Source: Candidatus Iainarchaeum sp. (GTDB lineage: Archaea > Iainarchaeota > Iainarchaeia > Iainarchaeales > GCA-2688035). From it: DNA of 32,000 nucleotides. Of this stretch, positions 16,020 to 22,214 are shown in pieces. The notes beneath the pieces were generated by a model, which was given only the letters and a program-made list of their open reading frames with translations, searched no databases and had not been told where the DNA came from. Numbering within the stretch: position 1 is the first letter of the stretch; each line of letters begins with the position of its first letter. The stretch spans positions 33,894 to 65,893 of the forward strand of contig JAQTNI010000001.1 in assembly GCA_028713935.1 (NCBI GenBank), in the 5' to 3' direction. The translations under genes and the position numbers were made by a program.

Positions 16020-17828
16020 TCATTCCCATTCAATTGTTCCCGGCGGCTTATGCGTAATGTCATAAAAAACACCTGAAACAGGGAATTTTTGCATTATTTC
16101 CAGAGCCATTTTTTCCAAAAACTTTTTTTCAATTCTTGCAAATTTAGCTGTCATTGCTTCCCTGCTGAAAACAGGCCTTAAAACAACAGAATCAAGGTTT
16201 TTTCCATTAACAGAAACAGGAATCAAAACAATTGGGAACTGCCAGATTTTATTGTACAATTTTTTCTTTTCAATTGCTTTCAATGCAAAATCATCAATTT
16301 CCTGCAAAAGAAAAATTCTTTCTTTTTCCAAAAAACCTTTTTTCAATGCAACAGAAACAATTTTTTTTGGCTGCAAGGCAAAAACAACCCTGCTTATTCC
16401 TCCAATAGAATTAGTGATTCCAGTTGAAGTTTTTTCAAGCAAATCCCAGTCAAGCTTCCCCTCAATAACAGCTGCATTCCTATAACTCCTTGAATCCCCC
16501 TGAACACCAACAGATTTTATTGGCAAAACTTTTCCCTTATAACCCTTCTTTGAAGCGATTTCATCAAGGCTTTTTTGCAGTTCAATATTCTCCTCTGCTT
16601 CTTCTTTTTCAGAGCAAAGAATCCTGATTGCAAGCCCAGGCCCCGGAAAAGGATGCCTAGAAATCATTTTAGCAGGCAAGCCAAGCTTTTTTCCAAGCTC
16701 TCTCACTTCATCCTTATACAATTCCCTAATCGGTTCAATTACTTTTCCATCCTCAATCATCTGCTTTATTGATTCAACCCTGTTATGATGAGTCTTGATA
16801 TGGGAAGCAAGCTTTGTTCCTGCGCTTTCAATTGTATCAGGATAAATAGTTCCCTGCCCCAAAAGCCACTGCCCCGCATTCAAATCAAGCCTTTCCAAAT
16901 TTTCATTCACAATTTTTACAAAAAGATTTCCAATTATTTTTCTCTTTTCTTCCGGTTCAACCACGCCTTTCAATGAACCAATAAACTCATTGCTTGCATC
17001 CAAAAGCTTCACATTCAATCCCTGTTTTGCAAAAACACTCATTATTTCCCTGCTCTCGTTTTTTCTCATAAAACCAGTGTCAACATGCAAAGCAAGAATC
17101 CTTTTGCTTCCAAGAGCCTTTTTCAAAAGCACAAGAGCAACAGTGCTGTCTACTCCTCCAGAAGCAAGCAAAAAAACATTTTTTCCCTTTGCAAAAGCCC
17201 TTATTTCCAGAACTTTCTGTTCCACAAAATTCCTGATTGTCCAGGAACCAGAACAATTGCATTCCTTCAAAACAAAATTTTTCAGAATTTTCATTCCAAA
17301 CCTTGTATGAGTAACCTCAGGATGAAACTGCAAACCAAAAATCTTTTTTTCAAAATCAGCCATTGCAGCAATGTCACAATCAGAAGTAGAGCCAATAACC
17401 TCAAAGCCTTCAGGCAAGGCACTTACAAAGTCTCCATGGCTCATCCAGACATTTGTTGCAGCAGGCAAAGAAGAAAAAATTCCCTTGTTGCCTTTTTTAT
17501 GCAAAGAAGCAACCCCATACTCCCTTACACCTGCTCTTTCAACTTTTCCGCCCAACTCTTTTGCAAGCAACTGATGCCCATAACAAATTCCCAGAATCGG
17601 AATTCCCAAAGAAAAAACTTTTTTATCCAAAACAGGGGCTTTTTCATCATAAACGCTTGCAGGCCCGCCGCTTAAAATAATTCCCCTAAACCTCTTGAAT
17701 TCTTCTATTGCAGAATCAGGAGCAATTATCTCTGAAAAAACATTCAGTTGCCTTACTCTTCTTGCAATCAAATGGGCATATTGCCCGCCAAAATCAACAA
17801 CAGCAATTGTTTCCTTTGAAGAAACCAT
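16020..17828 (-). CDS. guaA: GMP synthase (glutamine-hydrolysing), fused GATase + ATP-pyrophosphatase, long form
   Basis: GATase triad context GICYGHQL, PP-loop SGGVDS, VGVQGDSRSY and C-terminal KPPGTIEWE. 602 aa. Confidence 0.95.
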   Translation of the reverse strand: MVSSKETIAVVDFGGQYAHLIARRVRQLNVFSEIIAPDSAIEEFKRFRGIILSGGPASVYDEKAPVLDKKVFSLGIPILGICYGHQLLAKELGGKVERAGVREYGVASLHKKGNKGIFSSLPAATNVWMSHGDFVSALPEGFEVIGSTSDCDIAAMADFEKKIFGLQFHPEVTHTRFGMKILKNFVLKECNCSGSWTIRNFVEQKVLEIRAFAKGKNVFLLASGGVDSTVALVLLKKALGSKRILALHVDTGFMRKNESREIMSVFAKQGLNVKLLDASNEFIGSLKGVVEPEEKRKIIGNLFVKIVNENLERLDLNAGQWLLGQGTIYPDTIESAGTKLASHIKTHHNRVESIKQMIEDGKVIEPIRELYKDEVRELGKKLGLPAKMISRHPFPGPGLAIRILCSEKEEAEENIELQKSLDEIASKKGYKGKVLPIKSVGVQGDSRSYRNAAVIEGKLDWDLLEKTSTGITNSIGGISRVVFALQPKKIVSVALKKGFLEKERIFLLQEIDDFALKAIEKKKLYNKIWQFPIVLIPVSVNGKNLDSVVLRPVFSREAMTAKFARIEKKFLEKMALEIMQKFPVSGVFYDITHKPPGTIEWE

Positions 17829-17881
17829 GAAAAAGTCAGGGCAAGAATCTTTTTAAATAAGATTCCTAAAAATAAACTATT

Positions 17882-18118
17882 ATGTTATCAATAAAATTGC
17901 CTAAACAAAAAGGCAAAACAAGCAAAATTCTTGATTCACAAGGCAAAGAAGTCATTTTTAATTGCCCAAAATGCAACATTCCAATGCAACGGGGAAAAGA
18001 AAAATTTGACAAAGACAATTTTGGAGTAGCAAAGCTTACCTGCAAAAAATGTGGCAATGTACTTTATGATTTTATGATTCCAAAAGAATCTTTTTTTGAA
18101 CAAGGAGAAGCAGAATAA
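17882..18118 (+). CDS. Zinc-ribbon protein (hypothetical)
   Basis: 78 aa with CPKC ... CKKC. Confidence 0.5.
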   Translation: MLSIKLPKQKGKTSKILDSQGKEVIFNCPKCNIPMQRGKEKFDKDNFGVAKLTCKKCGNVLYDFMIPKESFFEQGEAE

Positions 18119-18153
18119 TCGCCTTTTAATTTTTCCAAAGCCCCAAGCACCTT

Positions 18154-18165
18154 TTTATTTAAATA
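18154..18165 (+). promoter_or_regulatory. TATA-box-like element TTTATTTAAATA upstream of tRNA-Ser(GGA)
   Basis: Ends 27 nt before the first tRNA nucleotide, the usual archaeal TATA-to-start distance. Confidence 0.5.
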
Positions 18166-18192
18166 TTTGCACAACTTATTATTTCAAGCAAT

Positions 18193-18438
18193 GCGGGGGT
18201 GGCAGAGCGGTCTAATGCGCACGCCTGGAAAGGCCTTTTCTTGCAAGCAAGAAAAGCCCTGGGAAAAGAACAATTTGCTTTGCAAATTGGTTGATTCCCC
18301 GGTTCTCCCCAAAGGATAATTTCAGTTAGAAATTTTTTTCTTTGGGGTGGACTGCAGACCTTTCTTTTTATTAAAAAGAAAGGGATATAGAGAGCGTGTT
18401 CTCGAAAGGGAGCGCGAGTTCAAATCTCGTCCCCCGCG
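18193..18438 (+). tRNA. tRNA-Ser(GGA), class II, with a 162-nt intron at 37/38 (18231-18392)
   Basis: Acceptor GCGGGGG/CCCCCGC, D stem GCA/TGC, anticodon stem CACGC/GCGTG, loop CTGGAA(A), variable arm TTCTCGAAAGGGAGC, T arm GCGAG-TTCAAAT-CTCGT, discriminator G. The BHB is relaxed, with 3 of 4 central pairs. Confidence 0.85.
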
Positions 18439-18439
18439 T
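18418..18439 (+). repeat. att-like core copy 1 (tRNA-Ser(GGA) positions 53-73 plus 1 nt)
   Basis: GTTCAAATCTCGTCCCCCGCGT, identical to 19775-19796 and 21294-21315. Confidence 0.9.
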
Positions 18440-18528
18440 TAAACGAAAAGTTCAAATCCAATTGAACGGAAAATTCAAAAAAGAAGCTTTTTTATTTTGC
18501 TTGGAGCATAATTGTTATTGGTGGTATA

Positions 18529-18750
18529 ATGGATCAAACTTTTAAGGTTGTGATTGAGAACGGCATGGACGGTTATTTAATTGCAGAAGTTCCAGAATTG
18601 CCAGGTTGCTATTCTCAAGGAAAAACCATGGAAGAGCTTTTAGGCAATATTAAAGAGGCAATTGAACTCTATTTGGAATCGCTGCAAGAACTGGATAAAA
18701 AACCAGAAAAACGGTTTGTTGAAATAAAAGAAGTTGTCGTAAATGCCTAA
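18529..18750 (+). CDS. hicB: HicB-family antitoxin (UPF0150)
   Basis: YLIAEVPELPGCYSQGKTMEELLGNIKEAIELYLE is the typical HicB N-terminal domain. It overlaps hicA by 8 nt. Confidence 0.85.
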   Translation: MDQTFKVVIENGMDGYLIAEVPELPGCYSQGKTMEELLGNIKEAIELYLESLQELDKKPEKRFVEIKEVVVNA

Positions 18751-18970
18751 GCTCAAGCTGCTTGCGCCAAAAGAACTAATAAAAATCATTGAAAAACTCG
18801 GCTTCAAGTTTTTACGGCAAAAAGGAAGCCACGCAACCTTTGTCCATCCAGACGGAAGAATGACAGTAATACCAATACACAGCAACTCAAAAATAGATAG
18901 AGGATTGCTCTTGAAAATAATAAAAAAAGAACTGCAAATGGAAAGGCAAGAATTCGAAATATTATTGTAA
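18743..18970 (+). CDS. hicA: HicA-family mRNA interferase toxin
   Basis: LIKIIEKLGFKFLRQKGSHATFVHPDGRMTVIPIH is the YcfA/HicA signature with the GSH motif. Confidence 0.9.
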   Translation: MPKLKLLAPKELIKIIEKLGFKFLRQKGSHATFVHPDGRMTVIPIHSNSKIDRGLLLKIIKKELQMERQEFEILL

Positions 18971-18978
18971 AAAAGGGC

Positions 18979-19280
18979 TGTGTTATAAATTGTCCGAAAT
19001 GCAAGAAGAAAATGGTTGAGGAAAAAGGCGAAACTCCCGAAGGCGCTACATACCATTATCACAAGTGTCCTAACTGCTGCGAGGAAATAGTTGACATGAA
19101 ACAGTTGCACGCTGTTGCACAGCAATACAGGGAAATGAAAAAATACACTGCAAAAATCAGCAAATGGGGAGAAGCCTCGGCATAAGAATTCCAAAAGAAC
19201 TCGCAGAACAACACTCCCTGAAACAAAACGGCGAAGTAACCTTGGTTCCGGAAAAAAAAGCAATAAAAATAGTTGCATAA
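18979..19280 (+). pseudogene. Zn-ribbon + AbrB/SpoVT(MazE-like) antitoxin gene, frameshifted and lacking a normal start
   Basis: Frame 1 gives CPKCKKKM...YHYHKCPNCC...TAKISKWGEASA* with the stop at 19183. The frame offset by +2 continues (G)RSLGIRIPKELAEQHSLKQNGEVTLVPEKKAIKIVA* to 19280. Joined, ISKWG-x-SLGIRIPKEL is the canonical AbrB first strand, and the shift lies in the G-run at 19166-19169. No ATG/GTG/TTG precedes the first CxxC. Confidence 0.65.
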
Positions 19281-19345
19281 AACGAAGCCAGAAAGTGCTT
19301 GGGCTGATTCAAAAGATAAATATAAAAATACGGGAAGTGCAATAT

Positions 19346-19738
19346 ATGGCCATGGCACGAACACTCAAACAAAGAAAAAACCGAAGAAAAACAGGTGGCG
19401 TACTTGCTGTCAGCCCCAATCCACGTGAGGTATATCGTGAAGCTGATGGTTGGAGTGTTTTTCCAGATGTTCGGTACTATGTGCCTGGTAAGCGCATGAC
19501 TAATTTTCAAGTGGCTCTCCGATTTTCCAATAAAAAAGGTTCCGATCGTTGGCGCTATAACCAATTTTTGAAACAACATGGTTTTATGGTAACAATGGGC
19601 GGTGATATTGTAAAGTCGCTTCCCGGCAAGAAATTTAGAATGCTAACAAAAACAGAGAAAGACAAAGTGTTACGCTTGTTAAAGTCGGGCTGGGCAGTAT
19701 CTTATGGCCCAAGGCCAAAAAATACACGACAAAAATAA
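19346..19738 (+). CDS. Small highly basic protein of unknown function, islet-A copy (paralog of 20880-21257)
   Basis: 130 aa. Shares blocks with the islet-B copy: NRRKTGGVL, VFPDVRY, RFSNKxGSDRWxYNQFLK, GDIVKxLPGxKFRxL, SGWAxxYGPxPKxTxxK. Ends 36 nt before core copy 2. Start trimmed to the ATG at 19346. Confidence 0.75.
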   Translation: MAMARTLKQRKNRRKTGGVLAVSPNPREVYREADGWSVFPDVRYYVPGKRMTNFQVALRFSNKKGSDRWRYNQFLKQHGFMVTMGGDIVKSLPGKKFRMLTKTEKDKVLRLLKSGWAVSYGPRPKNTRQK

Positions 19739-19774
19739 CCTGATGCTTGTCACGCGCATCATTAACGGCATAGT

Positions 19775-19796
19775 GTTCAAATCTCGTCCCCCGCGT
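19775..19796 (+). repeat. att-like core copy 2
   Basis: Perfect 22-nt copy of the tRNA-Ser(GGA) 3' end. The upstream T-stem strand is absent, so this is not a tRNA. Confidence 0.9.
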
Positions 19797-19849
19797 GTTT
19801 TTATTTCATAAACAATATGTTTTTAAATTGAAAACAGAATGTTTTTATT

Positions 19850-20392
19850 ATGCTTGCGAGTGAATTGTTTTCTTCAAAGGAGAGAATTGGGCTTATCAAG
19901 ATTCTTTTTTATACGCCCAATTTGGAATTAAAAGTTAGGTCTCTTGCTCGGTTTGCAAAAGTAAGCCCTGCTCTTGTTTCCGGCACGATTGCGATTCTTA
20001 AGAAACAAGGAGCTATAAACAAAGGCAAAATTGATTTGTTGCATCCTTCTGCAAGGGCCTTGAAAATACTATTGAATATTGAAAGCCTCACCTCTGCCAA
20101 ATTTGTTCCTGAAATAAGAAGCATTTTCAAGGATTGCAATGGCATTGGTTTGTATGGTAGTTGGGCAAACGGAACCAATTCAAAAGACAGTGATTTGGAT
20201 TTTTGGGTAAAATCAGAATCTGAAAGCGAGGAAAAGTCGGCTAAAATAAGTCGTTTTGTTAAGCAGAAGCTTGGCTTGGAAGCCAGCATAATTATTCTTA
20301 CACAAAAAAGGCTGAAAGAATTGAAAGAAAAGGATTTTGTTTTTTATTCAATGCTGTACAATTGTTTTTTGTTGTGGGGCGAAGGAATATGA
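19850..20392 (+). CDS. wHTH + minimal nucleotidyltransferase (MNT) antitoxin
   Basis: GLYGSWANGTNSKDSDLDFWV is the GS...DxD nucleotidyltransferase motif, and the N-terminal ~60 aa are wHTH-like. Confidence 0.8.
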   Translation: MLASELFSSKERIGLIKILFYTPNLELKVRSLARFAKVSPALVSGTIAILKKQGAINKGKIDLLHPSARALKILLNIESLTSAKFVPEIRSIFKDCNGIGLYGSWANGTNSKDSDLDFWVKSESESEEKSAKISRFVKQKLGLEASIIILTQKRLKELKEKDFVFYSMLYNCFLLWGEGI

Positions 20393-20805
20393 TTGATTTT
20401 AATGAGTGCCTTGCAAAAGGCCTTTTGGCAAGAATTCCCGCTTCAAGGGAAAAAGCTTTGCAGAGTATTGAGAAAGCAAAAGAACTATTGGAAGAAGCAA
20501 AAGCAAGCCTTGAAGAGGAAAGAATCAATTCCACAGTAATAGTTGCCTATCTTGCAATTTTTCATGCTGCAAGGGCACTGCTTTTCAAAGATGGTTACAG
20601 GGAAAAAAGCCACGAATGCGTAATCCGCTATCTGGAAGAAAAATATCCTGAAATAAAACCAGGGCAGATTGAAGCCTTGGAAAAATACAAAAGTGAAAGA
20701 ACCCACACACAATACGATGTGAGTTATAATCCAAGCGAAGAACAAGCAGAAAAAATGATAAAATTCACGGAAAAATTCATCCAAACAATAGAAGAAATGA
20801 TTTAA
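20389..20805 (+). CDS. HEPN-domain protein (toxin partner of MNT)
   Basis: All-helical 138 aa with AARALLFKDGYREKSHECVIRYL, as in PF05168-type HEPN. It has an ATGA start/stop overlap with the MNT gene. Start trimmed to the ATG at 20389. Confidence 0.75.
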   Translation: MIDFNECLAKGLLARIPASREKALQSIEKAKELLEEAKASLEEERINSTVIVAYLAIFHAARALLFKDGYREKSHECVIRYLEEKYPEIKPGQIEALEKYKSERTHTQYDVSYNPSEEQAEKMIKFTEKFIQTIEEMI

Positions 20806-20879
20806 GCTGGTTCGCTTCTATGCCTTGTTTTTTGGAAAATTATAAATATGGGCATGTGCTTAATACTATTGGTAGTTTA

Positions 20880-21257
20880 ATGCGCGGTGTAAACAAAAAT
20901 AGGAGAAAAACTGGTGGCGTACTCCGTGTTGGGAAACGACCACTTGAAGTTGGGATTTCGTTGGAAGATAGCGGTTTTCATGTTTTTCCCGATGTTCGAT
21001 ACCGCAGTGACCGAATGAGTAGATTTAAAACTTCTCGCAGGTTTTCTAACAAAATAGGTTCAGATCGCTGGCACTATAACCAGTTTTTAAAACCTCGCGG
21101 CTTTTGGATTACCCAAGCGGGCGATATTGTAAAACCCCTTCCGGGCAATAAATTTAGGTTTTTAAAGCTATCCGAATTTCGGAAAGTTAGGGATTTGTTA
21201 TGGTCGGGTTGGGCAAAGAGATACGGCCCAAAACCAAAAACAACTAAGCGAAAATAG
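20880..21257 (+). CDS. Small highly basic protein of unknown function, islet-B copy (paralog of 19346-19738)
   Basis: 125 aa, with roughly half its positions identical to the islet-A copy by hand alignment. Ends 36 nt before core copy 3. Confidence 0.75.
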   Translation: MRGVNKNRRKTGGVLRVGKRPLEVGISLEDSGFHVFPDVRYRSDRMSRFKTSRRFSNKIGSDRWHYNQFLKPRGFWITQAGDIVKPLPGNKFRFLKLSEFRKVRDLLWSGWAKRYGPKPKTTKRK

Positions 21258-21293
21258 CATCATTCTTGCCACGCGCATCTTTAACAGTAAGGT

Positions 21294-21315
21294 GTTCAAA
21301 TCTCGTCCCCCGCGT
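21294..21315 (+). repeat. att-like core copy 3
   Basis: Perfect 22-nt copy of the tRNA-Ser(GGA) 3' end. Confidence 0.9.
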
Positions 21316-21437
21316 AATTTCAATTAATAGTCCAGAGTGTTGGCATATTAGTTGTAAGATAAAATCTTGGTTTGCTCATATTTGCCCTGTGTGCTTTTGC
21401 GAGAGCAAAATATTGGATTAGAGGCCGCAGAGGCTGT

Positions 21438-22115
21438 TTATTGGTGATGTTTTTGCGTTCTTGCTTTTCTAATTCTTTTTGGAGCCCACCTGTAACTTAC
21501 AGATTTTCTGTTGTGATGATTTTTTTTGCTTAATAACTTTAAGAACAGGGTTCCAATTCTTCGGGCATTTTCCTGCGGATTTGAAGAACAATCAACAATA
21601 TACAACGGTTTCTTATGTTGTATTGCAAGAGCCTTTGCTTCAAGTGCGCAGGCATAACATTCACGTTCGATATCTTTGATACTTACAGAATGCCGTGTTT
21701 TTTATCTTCTGCGCATTTCCAGCCTGTTTTGCCTTCTTTCTTGGATTACCAGCGGGTTTCCTTTTATTAAAACAATTCCGTCAAAATACTTTGCGCATTC
21801 AGGAATCAACTGTGTAAAAATACTGGCATCATGCCTGATCCTGTTGATAACAAAGTGCCCATCAACTACAATAAGTTTTTCGGGATATTTTCTGGCTAGG
21901 TCCCTGATTTCAAGTGCAGCTTCTTCAATAAACTTCTGCATCTCGCGATTCGTTTGTTCTCCAAATTTTTTTCCGGAAAAACTTTTTCTAAACTTTTTTT
22001 TTAAAAATTCTGCGCCACGAATATAATAGAACAGCGGCCCTAGTTTTTCACTTGCAAGCTTAATTGCAGTTGTTTTTCCCAGAGTATGTGGCCCCCCGAC
22101 ATAAATTAAAACCAT
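21438..22115 (-). pseudogene. Archaeal adenylate-kinase (AdkA)-like P-loop kinase interrupted by an in-frame TAA (21702-21704)
   Basis: Walker A GGPHTLGKT, then VVDGHFVI (compare IDTHAVI in AdkA), then ...ERRQNRLEMRRR*KTRHSVSIKDIERECYACALEAKALAIQHKKPLYIVDCSSNPQENARRIG. The 87 codons after the stop are in the same frame with no further stop and continue the AdkA-like C-terminal pattern. Confidence 0.65.
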
Positions 22116-22214
22116 ACTTAACTTACCCCTCTTTTGTATATATTTTTTTGGTTATAAGAAAAAAATGAATAAGCTTTTTATTTCCAAGTGCCCATTATTT
22201 ACAAGGTAATTTGT

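Larger units (their letters stand above)
18440..19796. mobile_element. Mini-islet A (1357 bp) flanked by tRNA-derived 22-bp direct repeats
   Basis: Bounded by core copies 1 and 2. Contains hicB-hicA, a decayed Zn-ribbon/AbrB gene and a small basic protein gene. No recombinase recognised. Confidence 0.6.
19797..21315. mobile_element. Mini-islet B (1519 bp) flanked by tRNA-derived 22-bp direct repeats
   Basis: Bounded by core copies 2 and 3. Contains wHTH-MNT, HEPN and the second small basic protein gene. No recombinase recognised. Confidence 0.6.

Noticed and set aside
18231-18392. C/D-box sRNA encoded in the long tRNA introns, as in some archaeal tRNA-Trp introns
   Set aside because: No RUGAUGA (C box) or CUGA (D box) sequences occur in any of the three introns.
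18640-19278. 212-aa minus-strand ORF across islet A
   Set aside because: It is antisense to hicB, hicA and the AbrB remnant, all of which have clear family motifs. Its translation is an F/L/C-rich shadow.
19346-19738. The small basic proteins read as IS200/IS605 TnpA (Y1 transposase) because of similar size
   Set aside because: There is no HUH motif (the only candidate, FHVF, is present in one paralog only) and no conserved C-terminal catalytic Tyr context. The units are flanked by direct repeats of a tRNA end rather than by subterminal hairpins.
19775-19796. The tRNA-derived fragments at 19775 and 21294 read as 3' halves of split tRNA genes
   Set aside because: Homology to the tRNA begins at position 53. 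The 5' strand of the T stem, the variable arm and the anticodon-stem strand are all absent (TAGTG / AAGGT instead of GCGAG), and no complementary leader is present.
18418-21315. The triple repeat read as a CRISPR array or an integron cassette array (attC sites)
   Set aside because: There are only three copies, spaced 1.36 and 1.52 kb apart with genes between them, so it is not a CRISPR array. The repeat is an exact tRNA 3' end and lacks the RYYYAAC/GTTRRRY attC boundaries, and no intI-like gene is present.
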